From: Torpedo marmorata
Lineage: Eukaryota
Length of the DNA stretch: 64,000 nucleotides
Assembly: GCA_977017645.1 (NCBI GenBank)
Contig: OZ360220.1
Coordinates: forward strand, 151,900,001 to 151,964,000
Reading direction: 5' to 3'
Part shown: one piece after another, positions 1 to 12,441 of the stretch
Position numbering within the stretch: the first letter of the stretch is position 1
How the letters are laid out: every line of letters starts with the position of its first letter
Notes under the pieces: generated by a model
Database searches by the model: none
Seen by the model: only the letters and a program-made list of their open reading frames with translations
What the model was told of the DNA's origin: nothing
Translations under genes and position numbers: made by a program

Positions 1-616
1 GCCAGTATAATGAGGACAGGGAGGGAGGGGTTGGACAGGGGGGAGATAGCCAGTATAATGAGGACAGGGAGGGAGGGGTTGGACAGGGGGGAGATAGCCA
101 GTATAATGAGGACAGGGAGGGAGGGGTTGGACAGGGGGGAGATAGCCAGTATAATGAGGACAGGGAGGGAGGGGTTGGACAGGGGGGAGATAGCCAGTAT
201 AATGAGGACAGGGAGGGAGGGGTTGGACAGGGGGGAGATAGCCAGTATAATGAGGACAGGGAGGGAGGGGTTGGTCAGGGGGGAGATAGCCAGTATAATG
301 AGGACAGGGAGGGAGGGGTTGGACAGGGGGGAGATAGCCAGTATAATGAGGACAGGGAGGGAGGGGTTGGACAGGGGGGAGATAGCCAGTATAATGAGGA
401 CAGGGAGGGAGGGGTTGGACAGGGGGGAGATAGCCAGTATAATGAGGACAGGGAGGGAGGGGTTGGACAGGGGGGAGATAGCCAGTATAATGAGGACAGG
501 GAGGGAGGGGTTGGACAGGGGGGAGATAGCCAGTATAATGAGGACAGGGAGGGAGGGGTTGGTCAGGGGGGAGATAGTCAGTATAATGAGGACAGGGAGG
601 GAGGGGTTGGACAGGG
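1..616. repeat. 48-bp G-rich minisatellite, about 13 copies visible, truncated by window start
   Basis: Unit GCCAGTATAATGAGGACAGGGAGGGAGGGGTTGGACAGGGGGGAGATA repeated almost perfectly; the 203-aa ORF is only its translation. Confidence 0.97.
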
Positions 617-924
617 GTTAGTAGGAAGTTGGAGAACCAAAGTGGCTCTAGTAGTGAGTCTTTGCCAGAGTGCGGTAGCAGTGCTCAGAGCAGTAGTCAC
701 CACAGATGGGGAGCAGTGAGAGAGGATCTCACAGAACTCCCATCAAAGAGAAGAGGAAAACCTCTTCAAAGTCAGCATGTCTTGAGGAGACCGCTTGGAG
801 TAGTAGTGTCAGAATCAAGTTCACAATCTCACCTCCCACATCTGGAAGTAGAGGACATACTAGGGGACTTCACACATGCTGGAATAAAGAAAGAATAACA
901 ATAAAATTTTGATAATGAAAGAAG

Positions 925-1460
925 GGGCTTCTTTCTGTCAGCCATAGTCAGAGGTCTCCACCACTGCTACCAAGCTGTATCCTGTATCTTCAGGAAGAAC
1001 CCATCCATCTGGTCCCATAATGGAGGTGATCATCATTACTCAACAACTCCAAGAGAAATGCAGAGAGCACATGGTCCTTTTAGACCTCACAAAAGCCTTT
1101 GGTACCACCAATCAACAGGGACCATGGAGCATCCTTCTCTGATTTGGCTGCCCAGAGAAATTGGTTTACATCTTATGCTATGTATGGTGAAGGCCTGCAA
1201 ACTGCGATGTCATCCAACGCATCTTGAACAGACACAATAACTGTTGTCAAGCATGGCCATGACATCGCCTCAACACCTTTATTAATTTTTTTATCCCCTG
1301 CAACGCTGCAACACACTCCCCACTAGAGTGGAGCCAAAGTACGGGATAAATAGGAAACCATTCAGCCTAAATCACCAAGGACCAAGGTCAGCAAATGAGC
1401 TGCAGTAAGTTTGGGATCCGAGCTCCAAGTCACATCCACTTGTTCACTGAAGCAAACAAG
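925..1460 (+). mobile_element. Degenerate RTE-clade LINE reverse transcriptase relic
   Basis: Broken motifs QLQEKCRE, LDLTKAF, FGCPEK and a VKQG..IAPTLF-like segment; stops and frameshifts; boundaries approximate. Confidence 0.65.
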
Positions 1461-3835
1461 AGATAATTATTCACATATAGAGTTTATACCTATAGCACTA
1501 CAGTGATGAAGTGTGTACCTATCCACTTTGGTTTCATTATTTTCTCAAAGTGAATCTTTTTAAATATAAGAAATTCACTGAAAAAATTCCAAAGTAAATA
1601 ATTTCCAGGTTGTGTTCCAAATTCCCATCAAGTCATAATTTCATTAAAAGCAGGCACCATTTCAGTTGAATATTGACTTTACGGAGTTTCCTAGTCCACC
1701 ATTGTTGCGTGGGTCAACCTCCCAATTTAGAAGGGCAATATTTAATTGCAATTAACAAATTAAAAATGGTGATTTTAACAAACTTTGTGGGGTTTGATCT
1801 GCTATTTCACCAGAGAAAGTATCAGCCTCTTTGGAATGTGAAAAAAATACTGTAATACCCTTCTCACACATTTAAGAGTGTCCAATAAAGAGGCACAGAA
1901 AAATAAACTGTGGGTTACCATGCTGAACATACCTACTTGTAAAAGCATTTCAAAACCAGTGCTCTTCCAAAGAGCTGTTGATTTATGTGGCTGCATCCGT
2001 CTCATTAAATGTTTGTCACTGTCAGTCTGTGCTGATGTTCACAGCAGGTTGCCTTGTCATATCACACCAGGTACCATGATTCAGCAGAGGTTAATAAGTA
2101 TAAACTATTCTGCTACAGACCAGTTTACAGATCCTAGCTTCACTGCTTAACATGTCAGGTCAATGTGTAACTGACGAGTGCATTCAAATTATTTTATGTC
2201 AGAGCAGTGTGACATGGCAGGATTTCTCAGTTTGTTATTCCTGTATTTCAAACTTTACACTATAGACAAGTGCTTTCTTGACCCATTGGTAACTAAATGC
2301 AACCTTGGACCTGCATTAAGAAGAAAATCTTACAGAAGTACAGAAAACTCAACAAGATTTCTCTGTGTAAGCATTTACTGCCAGTATCCAGTATCCAGGG
2401 CAATGGATTTTCATGCTGTAGCTATGAAATTCACATTGTTGCCACTAACCACTTCAGGCCCCATTGGGGAGCCCAGTCAATGCCTGACAAAAGTTGATGC
2501 AAAGCAATAGTTGTTGTCTTTTGTTTGTCGCCAGGCGTCTAACAGAGTACTATTATGCACCAGTGATTGAAGTTGCCATGTTAAACCCCAATATATAAAA
2601 AGGGTCTAAATTTTAGTGACAGCCATGAAGTGTGATAATGCAATGGATAGATATGTGGGGTTGAGCTTTTATTTTGTTTTAGAAATACTCCACATTGATT
2701 ATTTCTGGAAATCCCCAAATTTGATGAAAGAAAATCTCAACTGAAGTAAGTAAAAATCCGGCTTAAGTCAGAAACCTGTGCAAAAGCAGAGATGCAGTGA
2801 AACAAACAGAGCCTTTGTGTTATGAAGGTATGGAGTTAGTCACTGAATACATTTATTGGAGACTTCTGATCAGAGAATTCAGACTAAGCACTCTACCACA
2901 GTCAACCTAGACAGCTCCCAGCATATTTGTGCAAACAAGTGTTTGCAAATAGTTATCATTCTGAGGTATTCCAAAATGTTAGACATTCAACAGCTCCATT
3001 ACTTGAGAAATACCAATCAGAACAAAATCCATACAATTTCTTAATTGTATGGCTTGAATTGAATTTCTTACTACAGAACAATACAATTCAATTATAATTA
3101 TTCGATCATCTTATGCCAATCAAGAGTCCCTAGTTATAACCTTCTGCTATATTTAAAAATTATCTGTATCTATAATATACAGTATAATACAACCTAATCT
3201 TATGTTTCTGGCACATCTTTTGATTAAATTACAGCCTTTATCCAACTGTTTCACAACATACATTATGGCCACTTTAAAACGTTTACTGTTTATTGAAGAG
3301 AACTACATCTCTTTTGTTGAAACAAGGGTTCTAAATATTGGTCACAATTTAAACATCCAAACAACTGTCCCAAGAAAAACGTTTCACCCGTTACTAATTT
3401 TTTGTTGCTGGATTTTATGTTCGATGTTAATAATAATTGAGTCACATTAGAATTTATGCCAATTCGTGAAAATAAAAATAAAACAATAATAACAATCGTG
3501 TAAAGTCAATCTCAGGTTGAAATTAATTCACGAAGTAAGATTAAAATATCGCATGTGTAAACCGTAAATGCCTTTGATCAGATTGTCATGCCAGCATTCG
3601 CTCTCGCTGTAATGGTTAATACATACTGCTTATCCCCGACATTACTTACTGATTCCACGCACACACTTCTTTTTTTTTAAGCGTTCGTTTGCATTTGTAT
3701 ATTTGTTTGTCGAGTCCTCACATATTTTATCATGTTTTAATGGTTTTGGTTATTTACCCGATTTTTAAGTTAAAACGGATATGTATATAAATCCACAGGT
3801 CTAAATGGTATGGATAAAACTAGCCTCACTGATGC

Positions 3836-3880
3836 AGAGAGAGAGCGCGCGAGAGAGAGGGGGAGAGAGAGAGAGAGAAA
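3836..3880. repeat. Imperfect (GA)n microsatellite
   Basis: Direct reading. Confidence 0.85.
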
Positions 3881-6800
3881 GATAGCGCTGGCTTAACATT
3901 TCAAAACTTAGTTTTGGGTTCTACAGTGTTAACCTGTCTCCTTAATGCTAAAGTGAAGTGGTCGGTCACTGAAGTCAAATAACCATGTCGGCAGGGTTAG
4001 CCCTCCCGTCCGCTCCGTATAACCTATCTAATTCCTGGCAATTAAAACCCACCAGCTAGCCACCTGAAGGAACCTGGCCGTGTTCCCAATGTGCTAAAAA
4101 CATACAGCCGAGTGTGCTCTGTTTGAGTACAGGATCACAGTCTGGCCCTCAGGAATGTTATGTCAAATGATATCTCCAAGTTCAACGATTTTAAGTTAAG
4201 GGGTTTCAAGTTAAACTTTTCAAAATTTCAAATCTAGACAGCGATTACACTCTCAAACGATACGAAAGTGGAAATCCCCCACTTGTTATGAAAGGTCAGT
4301 TGGACTTCATTTAATCACGGAGAGAGTGGCTGATATCACCGGCCTATCCTGACCATATTACATAACCAATAACTCTTATATCACTCGAGTCCTTGAAACT
4401 TTTGAATTTCAAAGGCGCCCTTTCTCTCATAAGGTGGGATAAATCAGCGGCCTGGAAATGTTTTGCTCCATTGATATCAAAATTGCTAACCCGTTTCCAA
4501 AGCAGCGCATCGAGACAACTTGACAATCACTCTCAGAGGCACTTAAAGAGCAACTCATGATAAACTTCTCCGGGAGAAAATGAAATTGGTTTGTGTCGTT
4601 CAATTAGTTCACACCTATCTCCTTTCAACCTTCCTCCCCCTTCACATCCCCTGTCCCCCAAACGCACACCCCTCCCCTATGGACACCTTTCCCTCCATAC
4701 GCAATATCCCTACTTACGTCCCCGCGCACACACCTTCATCCTTGCACCTCCTTCCCAGTGCATTCTAACCCCTCCCGCTCTCCCTTCACCCTAACCCTAA
4801 CCCAGGAACATTTAATTAAACACTAAAGGTTTATTCGGTTTTGAAACGACAGAATAGATTTCCGAAACTAAAAAGAAATCTACGATTACGAGCGTATTTG
4901 CCTAAAATTATAACTAATAAATCATAACGTTCAAACAGTTAGACAACATAATATGCAGGATTATTTTGTAAAACGTATTTAAAACTGTTGCAAAATATGT
5001 GAACAGCGCGTTTAGTTTTAATTTCACACGTTAAACTGTAGAGAAGTGTAAACTCCAGATCCTGCAGAAAGGCCCGTTTCGCTTCCTCTGCTGTCTTCAG
5101 AGCTGTTCTCTCCCTTCCCAATCACTTCCCATCTATTAAATGTGTTGTCTAGATCTACAGATAGAATATCTGCTCTTTAATGTCACGAATTTTAAATGAA
5201 TGTTATTTTAAAAGAAGGCGGAAGGAGCGTGCTGTAAACGAGATGGAAATGGTATTTATAAAGAAGCATCGCTGTCGTTCACTCTGACTGAACGGGCAAA
5301 TCTCCAGGCTTGGACCGACTTCGACTTACACCCCGAAATCCACTCAATGCAACATTCGTCTGAACTTTATTAATGAAAAGTTCATCCAGCGAGTAAATCA
5401 AATCAAAGGCCCATTTCAGGATTTGATTCTCTTTTGCATGTTTGATCGTAAGGTTGGAATTTAGCTTTGAAATTGTGAAGGAAACATTGTTTTTAAAAGT
5501 CACAAAACAGATTTTGGACTGATTAACTCTTGGCAGAATAAGTTGTAAAGTATTTGCATATTAACGACATGCGAGTGCAGTAAAAGGGGCAAGAACTGGC
5601 GGGTTAACCGAAAGCTAACTCTCCAAAGCTGAGTGTCACCCGAGCCCAGAAAATATACATTTTGTAAAAGTAAAACGGCTTCTGGATGTTTCTTGCTCCT
5701 TGTCATCTTACACTTTCCAAATTACGGATCTTACATTTCGAACCTCGCCAACTCAGCGCTGGTCAGAGCGAGCTGGCAGGTTCTGTGTCGGTAGACGGCC
5801 GTGCGATGCTCTCGGAAGCTTAGAGCGTTCGGCTTGAAGCGGGACAACTTGCCCCGAGTTTCTCGATTCGGGGAGATGTGGGTGTACGATTTTGCCTGCG
5901 GGTTTTGCCCTTTTTTTGTTGTTGCTATTGCCCGCGTCTGATCTGCCTCTTCCCTTGAAGAAGTAGGTTAACGAGAGGTTGTTTGGCAAGGTGACTGTTT
6001 CACTTAACCCATAAACAGCAAATTTTCAAAAAGAGAATTAAAGATAAAGCGCTCGCCCGACACCTGTGAGTGGGAGCACGAGCTCGCATTTTATTCCACT
6101 CTAAAATCTAACAGCGCCGGACACATAATATTTTACAAACCAAATATGCTCAGATTGTTTTTGTTTTACTTTACTGTTATTAATTAAGGTAAGTTTGAAG
6201 AGGCATCATTCACAGCTTGTGGTCCGATATTGCTTCGAAAAGCTAGCTGTCCTTTCTTTCATACGCAAATATAATTAAAACGTAACACCTCCGTTTCATT
6301 TGTACAGGGAATTTTTGTCTTCACAAATACAACGCGTGTGTAACAACAATATGATCCATGCTGTGTGCAGTAAATACGTCTGTCCGCGACTAATTCTCGG
6401 TTAGGTGACTAATAATGAAACAGATTCGGGCAATAAGGTTATCAGAGATGAAGGACTACTGGACATGTAAACCCCCACCGACTTCGGCCAACAGAAATGG
6501 TCAATGCATTATTGTTAAAGCACAATTATGGAATGTTAAATAGTCAAATGCAACAATTAAATGGTACGTTCAGCCTGCAATAATCCAGGAAAAATAAAAC
6601 ATCCTTTCAGCCATTTGGAAATACACATTTCAAACAATTCCAATCATGTTCCAAACAGCCTCGATGAACAAAACGCCACGAAACTGGTCATTGCAAATCC
6701 GTTTACTAAAACAGTTAAAAGGGCTTAAACACACATAGTCAAAATCCTGAAAACTTTAAATTGATGGGATGTATACAGAAATACAATAAAAATAATAATA

Positions 6801-6917
6801 AGATTTTCAGGCCCGAATAATTTTGTAACGATTATTTGTGATCTTATATATATTCTAATATACATTCCTATATAAATATATTTACAAAAATAAACTAACT
6901 TAAATGACTATGAATGG

Positions 6918-7057
6918 NNNNNNNNNNNNNNNNNNNNNNNNNNNNNNNNNNNNNNNNNNNNNNNNNNNNNNNNNNNNNNNNNNNNNNNNNNNNNNNNNNN
7001 NNNNNNNNNNNNNNNNNNNNNNNNNNNNNNNNNNNNNNNNNNNNNNNNNNNNNNNNN
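6918..7057. other. Sequence gap (140 N)
   Basis: Run of N. Confidence 0.99.
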
Positions 7058-7189
7058 ATCACCTCACTGTATTTCCAAAAAAAGATTGGGGTTGTGGTTT
7101 TATGTCAGACAAGGCCCTAAAGCCAAATTATTAAAGACTAAATATTGCAGTGTCTTTGCATTTTTTAAATGAAATGTGGACAAACTTAC

Positions 7190-7376
7190 TGTTCATAGTC
7201 GGGTTTGCAGTAAAGTTTTCTGTCTCGAAAATAACAGCTCCTGGTGAGTGGTTGTTGACATACTGTACACTGCAAGCAATGTTCATGCCAGGAAGCTTCG
7301 TTAACTCGCATCAGAAAACGGTCTTCTATGGGTCGCTGACAGCCGTTACAGACTTCCTTATGTTTGCATCCAGAAT
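7190..7376 (-). CDS. LMX1B: LMX1B-type LIM homeobox gene, coding exon 2 (first LIM domain)
   Basis: Translates (D)[61 protein letters not shown](Q) with a complete LIM zinc-ligand pattern; acceptor tgtccttcAG and donor GTaagt; 187 bp with phase 1/2, as I recall for human LMX1B exon 2. Ortholog versus LMX1B-like paralog is not resolved. Confidence 0.93.
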
Positions 7377-7839
7377 CTGAAGGACAATATTATTTTTTAA
7401 ATCCTCACAGACTTTTGAATCGTTATAAATCGAAGTGGCTATTCCTAAAGCAAGCATCGATCCATTTCTCCCAACCAGCGCAACAAACATAACCGGTTAA
7501 TAACCCCCCCGCTTTTCTGTTCTACGATACAAAGATCAGTTGTTCAGTGACAGTTCCACAGAATGTGTCGCGTTAAACCAAAGCGATCCAGAAAATAAAA
7601 TAAACAGTTACTGCAACATTTCCGAAGGTCCCCACACAGTCGTGCTTGTATTTATCAAATCTGTTATCACTATGCTCCATCCAGCCTTGAAACATCCTGG
7701 ATAAATACAATATCTGCAATCCCTCCCTTCCCCTGTTATTACAAACTGCTGCTCTGAAAAGTCAACCGTAGCTTCACTACGATATGACAGCAATGACTGA
7801 CATTAAAAAAGAAATAAACTTCATAAAGTATTTATTTAC

Positions 7840-7909
7840 CGAGCAACATTCCCAGGGTGGTCGGACCTGAACGTAAAGGGAGTTCCTCCATTTTTGTCCC
7901 GTCCAACAT
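7840..7909 (-). CDS. LMX1B: LMX1B-type gene, coding exon 1 from first in-frame ATG (possible non-AUG extension to 7978)
   Basis: [23 protein letters not shown] resembles recalled LMX1B [23 protein letters not shown]; donor G|GTAAAT at 7840/7839; phase 1 joins exon 2 in frame. Confidence 0.92.
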
Positions 7910-8449
7910 CTTCGAGCAGTCGGAAGTTCTTCTGTTCAGGCACCTAACCTGGGATTCGTGACCTGTTGTGAGAGCAATCCTTAAGATCACTATTACCACA
8001 GCACAACACGGCGGCTCTGCAACTCGCAGCTCCAACTTTTAATGCTAACTATAAGTGCAATCAATCCTATTTGCAGCAAACGCTCACATGCACAGACGGG
8101 GAGAGGGGAGAGGGGAGAAGGGGGGGGGTGGAGCGGGGTGGGGGGGGGATGGGGGAAGCTTTTTAACTTGGGATTCGTGGTAATTGATCGCTGCTCTGCA
8201 AGTCAGTCAACACTTGTACCGTTTTTTTTAAGGGGGATTTCTCTTAAATAAACGTCCACTGTTAGCACCTGAAGGAAAGCAGGAAAGCCACAGGCTGCAG
8301 CTCACTGGGACAAAGTTGCAATCCAATCTACTCGTGCTGGGGGTTTTTAAAGAAGGAAATTAAATAGGAGGAAATCTCAAAAGAAGCAAGCTGAAGATTT
8401 TCCCTGGATGTTCGGATGTGAATGTTCCATGGAGCGTTCTCTCCAGCGA

Positions 8450-8584
8450 NNNNNNNNNNNNNNNNNNNNNNNNNNNNNNNNNNNNNNNNNNNNNNNNNNN
8501 NNNNNNNNNNNNNNNNNNNNNNNNNNNNNNNNNNNNNNNNNNNNNNNNNNNNNNNNNNNNNNNNNNNNNNNNNNNNNNNNNNNN
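8450..8584. other. Sequence gap (135 N) between 5' leader and promoter
   Basis: Run of N. Confidence 0.99.
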
Positions 8585-8745
8585 GTTTGTTCGGCGCACG
8601 GATACACACGCCAGCACGCCGGCGCTGCGCCCCTTCTTGACATTTCAACGTATCCCCGCCCGCTGTAACAGTGCGCCAATGTGATGGGCCGTTTCCAGTG
8701 TGACAGTCCCCGCCGATAAATAGGGCGTCCCTCCAATACTGAGAC
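8585..8745 (-). promoter_or_regulatory. Candidate proximal promoter of the LMX1B-type gene
   Basis: GC- and CpG-dense block with GC boxes (CCCCGCCC, CCCCGCC) and two CCAAT motifs 0.7-0.8 kb upstream of the ATG. Confidence 0.5.
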
Positions 8746-11357
8746 CAGGTGAGCAATATTTCACTTTTATTTCCATTGCTTTGAAGATTATTGTATATAT
8801 ATATATTTAAATCATCATGGCCCTGATTCATGTTAAAACCCATTAAAACTGACAAAAATTGCAACCCGGGTTTAGTTTTAAAAATGTACTAATTTGCTGT
8901 TATGTCACAATAGATGTGGCAAACTACGCGTTTCTCTCCTTGAAATGTGAACTGGCGTTAGTGACGAGTTAATTGTTTCGGAAATTCTGTGTTTTTGTTT
9001 ATGTTAAAGTGACAGGGAAGGAAATCGTTAAACGCGGCCAATTGCTACCCAGAGACCGTCACAGATGTGAAAGGTGAGAGTTTTCAGCTATTCAGAAATG
9101 GGAACATTTGGTATTTTTGGCGTTGCAGATGTGCTTATTAATATCGTGGCCCACGGCGTGGCATTCTCAGATTAGACCAGTGCATTTATTCTGTATTCTA
9201 AAACACGGAAATGTTTAAATATCTTATTGAAATCTGCGCCACCGCTCTCCGCGAAAAGTCCAAAAGCGATTATTTTCCCAATGTTCAAAAGCACGATTAA
9301 TATTTTAAACAATTGCACCCCGAGCTAACAGCCGACTGGTACAAAAATAATTTGCGCATTTGACCCGGTTTTTACCAGTCCAGGAGTATTAATTGGCATC
9401 AAAATAATATTGTTGTTGCACATTTTAACTCTAAGGTCGCTTTTGGTGCTGGCGGTTACCACGAAAAAATAAGGCCCAGTGAGTCTAAACTTTACAGCAG
9501 CATTTGACGGGAATAAACTGACATCGTCTGTCAGATTGGGGAGACGGGAATGACCTGCACGAGCGCAAGCAGCATCCACACAATGCACACACACAGAATG
9601 TTCGGCGCTAACCCAGCGTCATTTACTATTTTCAGTCTGGGATATTTCAGGCAACATCCAGCAACATCACAGTTATCCAGAATATGGGAGGGGGAAGGGG
9701 GTTATCTTTTTCACGTCGTTATGTCAGAAATCTACAGTCACAGGCATGCTTTTCGTAAGTTCGACCACTTTGTTTAACAAGTTGTCGGAAAATGACAGCA
9801 AGAACAGTAAGGATGTAGAGGACAACGCATTTAGGAGCGGTGATGCGGATGATAATATTTTGGATACCTTCCTTTATTTGTTCACTCCATCTTTTAGCAT
9901 TTGAAGGTCTTGATATTTCAATTGAAATATACGTTTTTAATATGTATCTAAATTTCATAAATGTGTCTTTAGTACAAAAAAGTTGACTATGTAAAATTCG
10001 GCGCTAAGCTATTGATCTCTATCCAAGCCGAGTCCTTATAGTTTTCCCTTTGAAATTAATAATGGTTACAGTGAAAGAATAATATTTGTTGGATCTTGGG
10101 TATTTTTTTTCCGCGGCAGGGAGAACATTGCATCTGTGGTATTTGAACATATTCTGTGCGCTACATGCATGCGTTCGTTGAGTTGAGGGGACGCTCCTTT
10201 GGATGGTTATAGGTCAAGCGGTTAGCTAACAAAGGTTCCTTTGGTCAGACGTGCTCCGCATCCACACTTTACATGTCTCGAAGAGGTAGCTACCTTTACT
10301 GTTCGTTTAACTCTGAGTCAAGTGAGTGGGACGGGTTAGTACGGGAACAGCGGCGGCGCAGCGCACTGGACCGTTGACTTTAAGTAATAAACCTTCCTGG
10401 CTTCCCATGTATTGTCTAAAATCTACATGAGAGGGACATAAAGGAAATTAAACTCCTCAATATTTTCGTGCATCTGGGAGGACCAGAAATACTTATGCCT
10501 TTGAGCGCTGCATCACAAACTCTCCCTGCACGAAATTTCACACAATCTTATCTAAATATAGTCCATGTTCGAAGAATAAGTCGGGCCCATTAAAAGGGGT
10601 GTGGACTCACAGTTATTAAATTCTAATTGGCATCCTGGGGAAATCGTTCGCCTTTTAAAGATCATAAAAATCTCACATTAATATTAATAAATATGTATTA
10701 TGTGTATTGTTTGTGGTAATGACGGTCAATTATTATAACTTTAAAATAATTTTAAATGACAAATTATATTCTAACCTATTATTTTTCTTAATTTGTTCTT
10801 CAAAATAATCATTCTCGCCCTGTCAAGTTTACACACTATTCATCATCTAACGATTGTTCTGAATTCTGAAACGAATTACGGTGTTTATCCGATACACCAA
10901 CGTGGTGCTTCATTCTACCCGCCGGAAAACTGGGTACATGGGAACTCGGACGTGTTTATCGCTTCCATTGAAGCATCTTTGCTTTTGGAAAATTTGATAT
11001 CCCGCGTCAAAATTTATGGAATTTGTAAGTTTAGCTCCCGTTCATTTCGCTGATCGTTTAATTATTTTAATACGATAAACAATCCTTTGAATATATTTCT
11101 AAAATTCAGGTGATTTCGCATCCCTTCTTTTATGTATCCCCTTTTAAAGCAACTAAAGAAAATGTACTTATATCGTTTCTGATTGTATCGTAAACTTAAT
11201 ATATATAAATCATCTGTCGATATTAGTACTGGCACTATACGGAGCAAAGAAATTTCGAGAATGAATTTCTTCATGCAGGGCTGCGTCTTTTTTTTACTTT
11301 TTAAAATTACAGACCGTCATTATCTTTAAATAAATTGAAACTTAGAACCACAGGATA

Positions 11358-11545
11358 ATAAAAAGAACAATCTGCTGGGGGAACTCAGCGGGTCGACCAG
11401 TATCAGCGGGACAAAATGAATGGTGGACGTTTCGGTCGGAACCTTTCATCAAGGTTCTCTCCCCCTGATGCTGCTCGAACTCCTCAAGCACATTGTGGTT
11501 TTTTTGCTCCAGATTTCAGAAGCTGCAGCCTCATATGTCTCCAGA
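11358..11545. mobile_element. Inverted pair of Penelope-like 3' end (pLTR) remnants
   Basis: ctgctgggggaactcagcgggtcgacc...gatgctgctcgaactcctcaagcacattgt; arms are roughly reverse complements and resemble the PLE terminus at 51122. Confidence 0.6.
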
Positions 11546-12229
11546 ATAAAACCGTACCTTGATTTCCAATTAAATATCCAAATTCGGCCTTTCATTCGAT
11601 CCCACTGAATGAAGTAACATATGTTTTATTTTAATTTTGCAAAAAAAAAAAACGCGTTGCTTTCTCGGGTCTCTGTTTTAGTAATGTTTGCATTATTTTG
11701 AAATGTACTAGAAAACTTTAAATGTCATAAAAAACTATTGTCTAAAGAAGGATTTAAATGGGTATATTATGACACAAGCCTTCCAGTACCGCCACTGTGA
11801 ATTTTGAAGCAGTTTTATCAGATCTATAATTCATGTCACGTTTTAATTTGCGGCCATACCAAATTATTACGCACTGCCCAATCCAAGTGGTTAGCACTGT
11901 ACCAAAGAGCAGAAGTAGATCCGAAATGGTTTGCTTCAGTACCTCAATTCCTGAAATTTATCAACTCTTCAGCAAGTGGCCTGGGAGGTGAATGATGCCA
12001 ACAAAGCAAATTCGGACCAGTGCGCCCTCCGCCGGCCCAGTAGCGACAATACATTGACCTGCCCCGACAACAATAGAAACACAAGTGTTAAAACACCAGT
12101 AACACTGACACACAAAGACAATTCCCATTTCGAGCTAAACGACGCCTTTTTGGGGCAACATTCTCCTTCACAGACAACTCACTAATGGTAAAAAGGCGAA
12201 ATAATTTCGATTAAGCTCCTTGTATTGGT

Positions 12230-12361
12230 NNNNNNNNNNNNNNNNNNNNNNNNNNNNNNNNNNNNNNNNNNNNNNNNNNNNNNNNNNNNNNNNNNNNNNN
12301 NNNNNNNNNNNNNNNNNNNNNNNNNNNNNNNNNNNNNNNNNNNNNNNNNNNNNNNNNNNNN
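12230..12361. other. Sequence gap (132 N)
   Basis: Run of N. Confidence 0.99.
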
Positions 12362-12382
12362 GTGCGTCTCTCGATATGCGTC

Positions 12383-12386
<4 letters not shown>

Positions 12387-12441
<55 letters not shown>
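12387..12441. repeat. Compound (TG)n(AG)n microsatellite
   Basis: Direct reading. Confidence 0.95.

Noticed and set aside
10-621. 203-aa repetitive ORF
   Set aside because: Translation of a 48-bp tandem repeat; no evidence of a gene
4789-4803. Telomeric CCCTAA repeats
   Set aside because: Only about 2.5 copies in a C-rich tract
620-7189. LMX1 exon 3 (second LIM domain)
   Set aside because: Searched by eye and not found; the intron after the LIM-A exon is very large in LMX1 genes as I recall, so it probably lies outside the window
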